Assembly: GCF_009914755.1 (NCBI RefSeq)
Contig: NC_060934.1
Strand: one strand, 5' to 3'
Source: the human T2T-CHM13v2.0 reference genome, Homo sapiens
Length of the DNA stretch: 64,000 nt
The notes beneath the pieces are model-generated. The model saw nothing but the letters and a program-made list of their open reading frames with translations, did no database searches and was not told the origin of the DNA. The position numbers were made by a program, and so were the translations under genes. Below, piece after piece: positions 30,331 to 43,400 of the stretch (position 1 is the first letter of the stretch; each line of letters opens with the position of its first letter).

Positions 30331-33300
30331 ACAATGTGCAGAAGTTATGGAAAACCTATAGAGGATTACAACAGGTAAACGTTAAAGAGAATACATTGCT
30401 GACTTATAGTGATGTGGCTAAGAAGTACATGCTTTGTTGTAAAATTGCTTGAAAGCCCATTGAAAGATGTATCTGTTTATTTACAGTCTTTGAAGTAAAA
30501 GTTACCAATGTTTGCCAATTTTGGTGAATTTAACTCATTTTCTAGGCTTAAGTTTTTCATGATGTTTAAGACAAAGAAAAGTTAATGGAAGTGTCAAGTG
30601 ATATTTTTACCTTGGATGATCATTTGTATAAAGAATGAAAAAATATTTTTAAAAGGCTAAAAACTTTAAATGCTAGTGGACTGTCATTTGACTTACATAA
30701 AACCAAGTTATCAACATGGAATTCAAATTTTACATCTCAATCTCTTTATGATGAATTTATTTTTGAAATTGCTTATTAATCAGATACTGCAGTTATGGCT
30801 TACTTAGCACTAACCATATGTGAAAATGTTTCCATTTATTTGAAAAATGATTTTTTTTCCTCCTCAATTAGAAAATGGCATAAGCTTAAAAGCATATTTC
30901 AGCCAAAATTTTTTCTGTTAATGAAAGATTATAATGTTTTGTATTCTTAAATAAGCAGCTATTACAGTTTGACAATTGAGATTAAAAACCTTTGCTAAAT
31001 TACCATGTTAGAAATTTTCAACCTTATGAAAACCCATATCAAAAGCTGCTAACTTTGTAACTTTTAGTAGTCAAAGCAGGGTACAGGAAAAGTCAGCTTT
31101 AAGTTTGACTTTTGCTTCTGAAAATATTCTAGAACACAAAGTTAGTGCTAACAAAATATTTCAGAGAAAATGCCTAAATTGATTTTACAGATTTTTAGCT
31201 TAAATGCAAAGAGAAAAATGAGGCTGGTTGCTGTTGTGTAAATAGTGATCTATCTTGCTTTACACATGCATACCATTTTACAAGTACTTTTTGCTTTTAA
31301 AATTGCCGGCCGTTAATTGCACTGCATTGAAAAAACAACTGCCCTTCAGTTGTCTCAACCTTCCAACCATATTGCTATTTCCATATCCATACGTGATAAT
31401 ATTTGGACCTCTGGAGGGAAAATGCAACAGGCAGAGTAAGCTGGTAGGAACTTTCCTTCATCCTTTCCTCTTTTCCGAATATTTTGAAGGTGCAGTTAAT
31501 TTGTGAAGTCTTGTTACACTCATTGTATGGGCCTATTAAGGTTTTGTTATGAAAACAATAGGAACTTAAATACCCATGTGAAATGCGCCTTGCATTGACC
31601 AACACGAAAGGAGGACGTTTGGTATTTTAAAATAGTTTATTTTATGGTATCTTTTGAGGGGATAGGATTTACTTTTAGAAACAATCTACACATGGAATCC
31701 AGTCTCTTAAAATCCTGGGGTGAAGCAATTGTTAATTTTTCCATTTCTCTTTGTATTTTAAAGGTTTGATAAATGATTTAGATCTTTTTCTTCCTAATAC
31801 ACGAAGAATGATAGTTGGAAATTCTGATTTAGTTTAGTACTTAGTCAGAATGGAGGCCCCATAAGATTTTTAAAATACTTTGGCTGTTTTCCCCACACAG
31901 TCTTCATTGCATTTTATCCAAAACAAAAAGGTCTTGATCAAATTACATGAAAAACGACTAGACATCATTTTAGATCTGTGCTGCATCTAACAGTATACTA
32001 ATTAAAACCTTTCAAAAACCGTCTATGCCTCTAAGACACTAATTTGGTGCAAAGATCACTGAACCCAGCTCCAACTTAAAGCTCTTGAGATACATGATTT
32101 CACTTTAGGATGTTTCTTCATGTACAAAATGAACACAAACACAGGTGATAATTTCTAAGGTTGCTCTAAAAAAATTGACTCCTCAAAAAAAAGCCCTTGA
32201 ACTAAATTAGGACCACAAACTTCAAAGCGAGGAGCCGAGTTCTTTACAAGGAATAGAAGGAGATATCCATATATTCCAGCCTTGCAGAGAATCAGATTTG
32301 CAAATACCCACCGCGAAGACCTTGAGCCAGCCGATCTCCCTGCAAATCTCAAGATCGCCCAGTTTTGATTATGAAAGTCTTCGAAAATGTTTACACAGTT
32401 GAGTGTTTCCTGTTTCCGCAGTTAATTTTTTTTAACGTTTTTTTCTTCTTTTGGTTCTTGAAACGGATTTCCTTTATTTGCACCAGTTTCTTTTTCTTAG
32501 TGTGCAATTTCTAGAGGTCTCACATGAAGAACTTCACTATCAACTCTGTCTTCATCAAGTCGACGACATCAGAAGTCATGTTATATTTATCACTGGAAAG
32601 ACTCCGCTGTAGCACTCTTGTGAGAAGAGTTCTGGAGAAGTTCAAGTGGAAAACTCATTCGGAAGTCGCTTTAGCCCTCCAAATAAATAGTAAGCGCTCA
32701 ATAAAAACTTCCAACAAAGGAGTTAGAACTACTCTCATTCTTCAGCCCCTAGCCTTTAAAAATGTCCCTTCCGGGACTATCCGAAGTCACTTTCATAAAT
32801 AGCAGGTGTTGTTCCCTACATTTCAGTAAAATGCTACTTCTTGCTCTGATTGTCAGGTCATCATGGAATGCAAACTTCACCGTGGACGTGATTTCAACGT
32901 TGGTGCGGATTTGGAGATGTCCAACTCTGTCCTCAATTAGCCAGAACTCAAGTTGAGATAAGAGACTTGGGAGGCTGCAGACCCAGGTGATAGGGAAGCG
33001 CGTCGGAAAGTGGGATGCCAGGAATGGGATGGTGGCCGAGACCGACACCGAGGTTAGTGCAGGTGGAGAAGTAGGTCCAAAAGCCCAAGTCACAGGTCCG
33101 AAGTCCTCAGGAGCGGAAGATCTTCCAACTAAGCCGGAGAGCGGGGCGCACCGCACGGCGTGGAGCATAACGCCCGGGCGAGGGTGATTGGGGTGGGAAA
33201 CTCCACTGCTTTCCAAAAAACAGGTTTCTTAGGTTCTAGTGCCCGGTGGAAAGGGCACAGTACACCGGCCTGGGGGAAATCACCTGACTTCTCCTTTGGT

Positions 33301-33399
33301 AAAGGCCCCCTTACCAACGCTGCCTCTCTGGTAAGGGGGTCCTTTACCAAAAGACACCTTAAAGAAGAAACAGCCTCTCTCCTTTTCCTTATTTTCTAA

Positions 33400-35960
33400 T
33401 TAGCATCTTACAGAGGAGTGGAAACAGCTACAGCCCAGTCCCCTGCTCAAAACTGCGCCACCCCAGTTCGGCCCTGCTGGGCGCGCGAGCCAAGGCCGCG
33501 GGGCACCGGGAGGCCATTTTGCGCGTGCGCTGCTCGCCTCGCGCCGCCCTCGGCTCTGCGGACTCGGATCCCGCCAAATTTGAACGCGAGATTGTCAGGC
33601 CCTGAGGGGCTTGAGGGGCGGGGGAACGACGCCGCTCTCCAAAGTTGGACCCCGTGGCGAGCGGCGGCGACAGCCGGGTGCTCGCTGCCTCCCGAGGTGC
33701 TCCCTTTTCCCGCCGAAGCCCTCCACAGCGGCAGGCCGAGGCGCAGCGACGTGTCCCTGTACCCCGAGTTCAGCGCGGGCGGGAAAACGACCTGCACCCG
33801 GGGAGGCAGCGGCTTCGCGGGCAGAGCCCACGGGAGCGCGCCCTGCTAGGAGCCAGGCCGGATAATCGCCTTTCTTTGTCCTCCTCCCTCTTCGAGTCCA
33901 ATCAATGCCCTTTCTCCTTAATGAACGAGGTGTCCTTGGAGTTTGAGGTTTTGTTGGATGATTTTAAATAAAATTATTAAGTTATAAAGTGGCCACCCTG
34001 AAGGTTCCCGAAGGCGACTTCATGTCTGTGACTGGAAAGGCCTAGAGGAGAGGGTCCTCCCGCTGGGCTCGTTTAATAGAACGCGCTCGAATCCCCTGGG
34101 AAAGAGCCTTGACTGGGTGACAGGGCTGAGGAGGGGTGGCTGCGCGGCGGGAATCTCAAGATCTGGGCAAAGGCTCGCGTCTCGGGACGCGAAGTCGACG
34201 CCAAAATGGGTCCCCGGACAAGGCGACCCTGGGAGTGCCGGCGCCCCCGGCCGGGCAGAGGAGCGGGTGGGCCGAGGCTGGGACATCGCCTCCGAAAGCT
34301 GCCGGGACGCGGCGGCTTCCTGCAGAGCCTGCGCCTGCCGGATCCCCAGAACACAGAAGCTTCTCGGACATGGGAGCTCCCCGTGCGCCCTAAAACCAGG
34401 AGAGGAAGGGACGACTTGGGAAAAGGGACTGGGGAAACAGCGGAGAAGTGAAAGCGGCCTAAAATGGGCGACGGCGGGCGAGTCCTCTTTATCAGTGCAG
34501 CAGGCTGCCGGAGCCGCCATTTGGTGGCGGATCTCGGTAGTTCAGTAGCACGTTGTGCTGAACGTCACAACTGGCTTGTCTACGTGGCATCGTCATTTCT
34601 TAACCGCGGTTTTACGAAATGCAAATTTCCCCCTGGCCTTCCTCCTCCGCGGCCGTCGACCCCCCTCGGCGCTCCGGGTGGACGGCTCCGGGGCGCGGCT
34701 CGTCCCTCGGGTGGTGCAGCCCCCGCGGCCCGAGACCCGGGGAGGGCCGGGGGTACTTTCTGCGAGGCGCCTTCCCCGCGGCTTCTGCCCGCGCCAAAGC
34801 CTGGTGGAATCCAGCGCAGACCTAAAGCACGCTTGACACCCCGATTTTTCGAGACTAGGACGACTCTCTGAGCCAGCAGCTTTCCTCTCCCTCTCGGGGA
34901 GAATCTCATTTCCTTGGGGTGGTGAGGGTGACGGGCACTGTCTTTTGGCCCCGCGTGTCCGTTCCCCGGTCTCCCGCCTCACCCCTCTGCGAGGTGAGGA
35001 GGGGAAACGGCGAGCTTAGGCCTGGCGGGAAGGAGCCTACCCGACGAGAGGGCTCCGCGGGGAGGGTCGGTTGGAATCCCGCCCTAGCGCCTCCTGCTCT
35101 GCCCGGTCCCCACCGGGGACGGGGAATGCCAGTCATTTCTGTTGAGTGCTAGCAGGGCCGGTGTCACCACCTCGGGTGGCCGAGGCTTCGAGGTTTTCAT
35201 GAAAAGCCCCCGAAGCGTGAGGCGCCCGCCCAGTGGAGAACAAAGGGCCGAGGGCCGAAGGCGAGGCGAGGCAGCGCGCGCGGCTCCCTTGGCTCGACCT
35301 AGCTGGGAGTCGGGGGCGCGGGCAGGGCTCACTCCCGGCCTAGAAACTGGAGCCCGCCACCCCCGCCCCGCAGGCGACCGCAGGGATCCCATTCTTGGAG
35401 CCCGAGCTGCCATGTTGCCTTCGCGGAGGCCGCCAGTCACTTGACGCTTCCGAGACAGCGAAGCCCCCAACCTGAGAGCCCTTCGGCCGTCTTTGCCGCA
35501 CAGCTGCAGTCAAGGCCCGGAGGGACTGCGGGACGCGGGCGGGAGCGAGAGCCCTGTGGGCTGCCAAGCCGGCGCGGCCGCGCCGCGGCAGCCGCTTCCC
35601 TTGCCACCTTCGTTCCAGGGGCTGCGGGGCTGCGCGCTCGGCAGAGGCTCGGTTGCCAGTAGCAACCACACGACGGCGATTTGCAGCCAGGGCCGCCGCC
35701 GCAGCCGCTGGTACCTCTGCCTCCTCCTACACCTCGGGCTCGAGCATTTGAAACCCTGGGGGTTGCCTTCGGTGACATCTCCCGCCCCCACCTCCAGTCC
35801 TCAGTCTCCAAAATCCTCAGCTCTGCTCAAAAGCCAGCGCCCCCGGCTGGGCCCTGCCCCCACCGCAGACAATAGGAGCGGCTGGGAGCGCACAGGGCGG
35901 CGCGCGCCGCGAGCAGCGGGCACCTGAGCCCCCAAATCCGGGCGCGTCGCTGAGTCTCAG
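33400..35960. promoter_or_regulatory. Intergenic (orphan) CpG island between BMI1 and SPAG6
   Basis: ~2.5 kb GC/CpG-rich block with no credible CDS; X-boxes at 35652 and 35762; YY1-like CGCCATTT near 34515. Confidence 0.8.
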
Positions 35961-38900
35961 CCCCAGGTGCCCTCTTCGCGGAGTTGATCAGCAATTCTTT
36001 TTCAGTGGCCAATTAGAAAGCTTTTCTTGACATCAGAAATAAGGGTGGTGCCAAAGAAAGAAGTCAAACGCCCACTCCCTTTCTAATAACATCGACACAA
36101 AGAAGAGCTCATGGTTGCGTCTGCGCTTGGTAACAGTGGCTTTCCTCTGGGTTAGAGCCACAGGCACAAGCACCCGCTGCTATCTTTCTTCTTCGCCTAC
36201 CATGAATATTTTGCATGAAATCCAGAATGTAACCATTTGCGTTGACTTAACTGTTGCATCTGGATACTAGTTATTTATCAGTGGATGGAACACTTTTTTT
36301 TCCATTTCATTGGATGATCCGCATCAACCCTTGGCAGTGTGGACTGCGTGGTTTGAAACATAAAGAAAACGACTGGTATTAACCCTTGAGGATCTACTTT
36401 TTCTGTGGCTCTAGAACACCAATTTAACTTTTTTTAACAAGAGAACTCTTGTTAATGTTTTAAGCAGGTTTTATTGAAGAAAAGTCCTTAGAGTATCTAG
36501 CTAAGTCTTTTATTTAGCTACTAGGATAACTCGGGAAATATGTGCATTGCCAAATTTCTTCGCTCTTAATAATTGTCCCGGCTTTGTTAGCTGAGTGGTC
36601 TTAATGGGTTAAAATTTCTTGTAAATCACAAATGTGCTGAAATTTCCAAGTTTAAAGCTCCCTGAGGATAAGCACCTGCCTTATTCATCTTTGTAAGCGT
36701 CAGAGTCCTTTGAACATAACAAATATTTGTCGGACTTCCAGGGAATTTCAGAAGTCTCAACAACTCTTATTAGGAAAAAAACTAACTTACTGATAACTAG
36801 CAGAAAGCTTGGATATCTTTAATGAACTCAATGAAAAGCTAAACAATTTCCAAGCTGGTAGCATTATCAGATATTCTCATTCATGAATATTTAACTTAAT
36901 TATATTTCAAATGCCATAGATTGTATGTTAAAATATCTGACACATGTTTTCAGGATTCTAAGGAGAATGACAAATTGTACATAAGAACTTGAAACTGCTA
37001 ATTTCTCATCTAGTGTCTAAAAATTTGGTTAAATAGCCACAAGTAAGGTGCAACTTTAAAGTGCTTTCATACTTTCTGATAGCACAGACATGTCATTAAC
37101 TGTCTTTACAGCTGGACAGGAATGCTTAAGGATCTAGCGTTGGATATTGCAAATCTACTAAGACAAGGCACCTTGAAATATCCTCTTTAATTTAAATAAG
37201 CTTTAAAGCATACTGAAAATAGTATGTCTCAATCACAAGTGATGGTAAACTCAAATTAATGCCTCCTGAAATGACTCTTAGGTATATTATTAAAAGAGGT
37301 TCACCTTTAAGCTTCACAAAATATCAAGTTCATTAAATAAGACAGTTTACCTAAAAGAAGAAAGCACTGCTTGGTTCCTAGAGGGAGCATAACGACCTGT
37401 AGCTTGCCAAACCACCCCCATCAGCACCTTAAAAATAGGAAAGCAAGGCTTTAGTGAAAAGTTCCTTGCTACGGTCTTTCAGGAAAGAAAAGCTCCAACA
37501 ACTTGCTTTGGACCAAGTTAAAGAGATTATCTCCCTTTTTCATTACGACTGTCTTTCAATGAATTGAAGGATAAGATCAAAGTGCATTCATATTCATGTG
37601 AATTATCGCTATTGACTTGAATAATGATGGATTTCATTGTTTTATTTAAACTGAAACCAGGAACGCTGCTGCTTTTGAGGCTACACCCCTAAGGCTGTAG
37701 AATTTCTTCTCTGAGAACTCAAAAGCCAAGCAATTAGGTCTGACAACCACGTCATTTCCATAATGTACTTCCGTACAGAGGACTTTTTATTGGAATCGGT
37801 TACATTTCTATAGAATCTTATTACCACTCAATTTTTGACTTCTTTCCAACCTTCTCAACAAAACTCCTAAGTTCGGCAAGTACACTTCCAAAAAACTTAT
37901 GAGTAAATTGTACTGAGAAGATACAGTGATGTTTCAGAAGCTTTTATTAATAGCTGTTCATGAATCAGACAAATTAATGTTATCAGTAATTACCTCAGGA
38001 GAGTGTTTTTGTTTTGAACATGATACATTACAGTTTTTCTAGGGTAACTGAAGAACTCAGTTACAGTAAGCTTGGGAAAATGTGTTTACCAGCTGTTTCT
38101 TTCTAAATATGCCTCATGACAATTTTCTTAAGACATTTTCATTGGGGTTTTCCTCAAACTGTCCCATCATTTTCTAAGGAGATGGAAGTTACTAGATTCA
38201 GTGGAACTCCCCCTCACTTTCACCAAGTGATCACTCTGCTCAAATAATTCTTATTACAATGCTTATCAGTTTGGAGAACACTTTTTAGGAAATTCATTAC
38301 AATAAAGTAAGCTTGTCATTGAATTCTGCAAGCAACCTTTAAAATAGACTTAGGAAACTGCATTTTCCTGAACTTTAATATACACAATTTATATAGCCTC
38401 TCTAAACCTAAAAAGAGACTCTAGTGCAACAAAAGTCTATTACATTATCATGGTCTGCAGTGGGTTCTGGGAATATCCTTTCCCAGAAAGAGAACTGATT
38501 CAGTTACTTGGTTTCTCTCTTAAACTTCTGCCATACATTTAAGGCATTACACATAAACCACATTTTAAAAAAAATTCAATGTTTTTCTATTCAGTTGGGC
38601 TACAAGAGATCTCTATTTTCATTTACCCATTGTGTGTTTTTAGTATTGCAAGACACTCTTTAAGCCAGGAATTATTAGTAAATTGTTTCTCTTTGGGATA
38701 TGACCATATATATATTGAAATTATTTGCATACGTTCAGCTTTACTTGTAAATTTCTAAGACTGTTACCCTTGACTTATAAGTAAAATGATAAGCAATTGC
38801 ATATTATTTCACTAGGGCAAAAAAAAAAAGCATTCCTTGAATAAAAAGCATTTCTTTATAATTCAATTCCTTAAGACCAGATTTGTCTTACTGATGGGAA

Positions 38901-39359
38901 AAGTATTAGTATTTTCTTCATATAGGCAGTTCATCTTTTATATCGTTCATATAGGAACTTTTATTTTTTCACCGTAAAAAAATTAGGTAATATTGGAGTA
39001 GGAGGTAAAGTAATCCAGCTTTAGCAATATTTAGATGTTTTCTCTGAAATGTCAAAAAGCAAGGGTCCAAACTGTAGTGCAAGCATCTCCTCTGAAAGAA
39101 TGAGATGTAGTGCCACCGTGTCCTCGAATTTAGCCTACGTTTTAGCGGAGCTCACTCTCGGCTCAGATAATCTCTGGGGAAAAAACGGACAGATAGAGTG
39201 GTTAAACAGGAAACACTATTTTTTTTTTTCAAACGTTTGAGAAAACTTGAAAACCATCTCTCGGTACTTTTGCAGTAATTTCCAGGAGTCAGAACATACA
39301 GTCCATTATTCTTCAGAGTAACCAACGCACAAGACATTTTGGCTTGGGACTTGATATCG

Positions 39360-40440
39360 CGAAATGACGTCAAAAAATTAAAAAAAAAAACGAAGCTCGC
39401 ACATGCGCAATGAGGTACAGCTGCTTTTTATTTTTTTGTCTGTATCAGCTATTGGCTCCTATCCCCGCCTCTGGGATCCGGCCTGCGCCGCGGGGTCCTA
39501 GGGGGCCAGCAGCTGTAAAGCGGTACGGGATTCCGCACCCTACTCCAGCAAGAAAGAGCCTGAAGCCCCTCCCCACCTTTCCCGGCCAGGGCGCTCTTCT
39601 ACGTCCCGCGCGCGGACAGCCGGGGCGAAGTAGGCCGACCGGCGCGGCCGCAGCGAGTTTTCTGGCAGCGCTAGCGCCGCGGGGCCTGGGTTCCCGGGTT
39701 CCGGTCTCCGCCGGCTCCGGGCTCGCCCCCGCGAGTTGGCCGCACCGTTCCCCCGCCCGCGGGGCAGCCGCTCCTCCGGGAGGCTCCGGCAGGGACCTTC
39801 GCCCCGGCCCCCGAGCGGCAGTGCGGCTCCAGCTGGAGGCCTGGCCCGGGAAGCAAAGTGAAAGGACAGAGGCCTCCTTCCTCGCCAGCCGCCCGCCGCG
39901 CCTTTCCCAGCTCAGGCCGGCGGCTCGCGGCGCGGAGGGAGCGAAAGAGTCGGGGCCTGCCCCCTCCACCGCCCGCATCTCGGCCGCCGCACCCGGGTCC
40001 GCCCCGGGAGGCCCCGCGGGAGGGAACCCCCGGCCCGCTGGGCGCTTCCGCACTGACGCCTTGGGGCCGCGCGCCCCCGCCCCTTCCTCCCGCTACACCC
40101 GCTGGGCCCCCGCCCGCGCTCCCGGCCTGCTCCCAGCGCCGCCTCCCCCGTTAGAAACTTCGCAGACACCGCGAAGCTGCTCTTTGGAGTTGGAGAAACT
40201 TAGGAAGAATGGGAAAAGCCGAGGAAGTCGGGGAGGACCACGTTCTTCCCTTGCCCTCGGCCCGACACTCCTGTCCACATTGGACGCGGCAGCCTGCCAG
40301 CGCCCAGGAGAGCCGACCCGGTGGACACCCCGCTTGGGGACCTGCCGGCGTCCGGCTTCGGCTCGAGGCGGGCGGCCAGCCGGGGCGCAATCCCCACGGG
40401 ACACGCACCTAGGGGATGCGTGACCCGGACGCGGGCTTGG
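39360..40440. promoter_or_regulatory. Second intergenic CpG island with a promoter-type motif cluster
   Basis: TGACGTCA 39365-39372, NRF1-like GCACATGCGCA 39399-39409, ATTGG 39451-39455, GC box near 39463. Confidence 0.75.
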
Positions 40441-43400
40441 TGGGCTCTCTAGAGTCGTTTCTTATGTGGCACTTTCTGTCTTTGTCTGCTGTGTCCTGCA
40501 CTGATTAAAGGGTGGAGAAGATAGTACGGACCTTCTCTGACACAAGTCCAACAACGCCAACATTTTAAAGGGGTGGGAGGTATTGAGCGGGAGGGCTGAC
40601 CGGCATCTGGAGCAGGGCGCTTAGTGTTTTCCAGCTCGTGATGCAGGCTTTGGGCACAGTTTTGAATTACTTAAGAAAACGCACGCAAGTCCAAACGGAA
40701 GATATTTATATCACACTCACACACCAAGCTCCAATAATTTGTTTTTATGCATGTCACCACCGCCTTAGAAAACGGCATGCTGCATTTCGGACTTATACAT
40801 TGAAAGCCCCCATTTTTAGTATCAATCACTTTGCACTACATGGTGCCTTTTGGGGAAGCAAAATTATTCGTGTGTGGAATCCCCCAATCACGGGTTTCTT
40901 TGGAAGTGGAAAAGATTAGTTCCATCTCTTCATCCTCTGAATTACTGGAAAGGAAGACAGGTACAGGTATATATTTAGGAGTTTGGGGCCAGTTAAACCA
41001 CTGTCATCTTGACATTGACCTTAATACTAAAAAGAAAAACTTTAAAATGCAAAGAGTTGACTTTAAAAGGTTTGAAAAGCGAAGAATAGGGAGTAAGGCA
41101 TAAACACAAAACATGCATAGAAATTTCAATCTTCCCTTCCCGGATGGAAGTGTGCAAGTCTCTTCTGCTCTGCTGACAAACTTGATGAAATAACTGGGTG
41201 GTCGGCTCAGACCTAAAATCCTGACATTATTTCCCAAAAGAGGCGCGATGCACCATTTAAGATAGTCATGTTTACTTTCATCATTATAGGTAATATTTCT
41301 GTTCCACCAACTTGGTTATGGACTAAGTAATGCCTTTATTTTTAATTCCAGTATGTAACTATGAATTATTTTAGTAATTTTAAATTTAGTGTTTGCAAAA
41401 TGATTAATGTAGTCTCATAACTTCAGTAATTACATGCAATTGCCCGTTGAATGCCTTCTTAAATGCTAACAATGATTTTGGGGAAAAAATTATTTTAGGG
41501 GAGGGAAATTTCATAGCTGCATAGAACTCAGCTAATTTTTATTAAAAACAAGAAGCCTTTTGTTATTTAAATGATGTTTTAGGTATTCTCACTTCTTCGC
41601 CTACTTTACCATAAGTCCCTCATCTTTGCCCCCAAAACACTAATAGCACTTAGAGCAATTACAGCCCTTAAAACAGTGGCAGACTGCAGTACATGCCCAT
41701 TGAATGAATGCAGGCTGCGGTATATATGCTGGTAGAATGAAGTGATGTCTATCTGCTACTAGACTTCATGTCCTGGAAGAAAGGCACATTCTGTTATTAG
41801 CAAGGTGTTTGACACACATTAATAATGAATACGTGTTAGGCTTGATGCAGAATATATATAAACACTTGATTCAACTCAATGACAGTTTTAAAATGCAGAT
41901 ATTAATATCTAATTAGCATATATAAATCTTTAAATTTTAAAATTCAGCTAGGAACTGAAGAAAAAATACATGGGTGTTAAAATTAGCAAAGCTTCTTTTA
42001 GGTATGTATAGCATATATTCCCATGATAATAGGATTTTCTGAATTCTCAAAGGAGGTATGCAAAGAGAAACAACAAGATTTTAAAACTGGCTTTATTTTG
42101 TTGTCATTTTCAGTCTCATTTTCATAAATAAAGGAGGAAATATTTGAAAAAGTGATTTTGAAGTTACATATTATGATTAGCGTTTTACAAAAGTAGCCAA
42201 AGGCTTCCAAACAAACCTTTCATGGAAACACTTTTTTGCAAGTTGTTCAGCTAATGGTTCATTCTCAATCAAATGTATAGTCTTATGTGCCAGTTACATT
42301 GTATATCTCTAAAGTCAGCTGGTACTTTAAGAACAGTAATCTTCCTGTAATACTTTTTAAAATACCGAAGTATCCCTTTGAATTGTTTTCTTTTTCATTG
42401 CTTAACTGTTAGTTTAGAGGTGTGTATGTGATCATGGGACATTCATTTAACTTTAGAAAACAGAATAGTATTTTGTTTTAGAGTTAGTACATTGAAAAAT
42501 GGGTCAGAAAATACAGATTGGTTTTCTTGTCAGTAAAAGTAATCTGCCATATTTTATGCTTGAATTACTAATAATTTCACTTATATGCATATTGTAATCA
42601 CTCTGTGTTACATACATTTCTCCATTTAGTTTTTAAGATTTTTTTAAGAAGGAACCTAAAATAAAGAGCAAAGATCAAGCTTCTTTAATATGTCCAATTT
42701 CAGATATGAAGTAGGCATCCTATATTATGTTTTATCAGGAATAATACAATTTAACTAAAAGATATTGTTAATAACAGATACTCAGACTCTAAAGTAATTT
42801 ACATAGCTTTTGAACGTATGTTTTCAAAGAACTTAGTAGCATCCCATACTGTGTTATGTTTATAGGTTTAGACCTCTCCCCCTCTATTGAGCTCTTAACA
42901 CTTTTAAAATGGAAAACAAATAGTAAAGCAGTTGCTAAAAATGGCAGTTGGAGTAGCTTAAGAGTTTGAATTGTTTGTTTAAGGACTGAAACCAAATATA
43001 AAAACTTTTAAGGGGATTTTTTTTCATCATTCAACAAGGAACTGAAAATTACAAGGCTTATTTGCAATCTTAATTATTTACTCAATCTGTTTCCTCCCAC
43101 GTCTCTAAATGGGAACGCATAACTTTAATTTTAAAGGACATATTCCCATAGGGAAATATAGATATCACTGTAAAACTTACGACTTTGAATTAAGTAAAAA
43201 GATTGTGGCCATCACTGGCTTTTGAGCTGCAGAAGCAGAAGACATGTACCTGCCCTTCGGGGGTATTAGGGACCCGACTAAACACACTTATTCTTCTCTC
43301 TGATTGCTGGACCATTCCCCAACTATTTGGAGCTCCACAAAGTATCAGGACTTCATCAAGAGCTCAGTGAAGGGTGAGATCTCAAAGATAAATATAGAGG

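Noticed and set aside
32524-33216. 92-, 66- and 155-aa ORFs downstream of BMI1
   Set aside because: No recognisable homology or convincing exon structure. A lncRNA exon cannot be excluded.
33418-36012. Dense overlapping ORFs in the orphan CpG island
   Set aside because: GC-content artefact with no protein-family signature.
39410-40423. 337-aa ATG-initiated ORF
   Set aside because: Low-complexity P/A/R/G composition from a CpG island with no domain. It would need Ribo-seq or PhyloCSF support.
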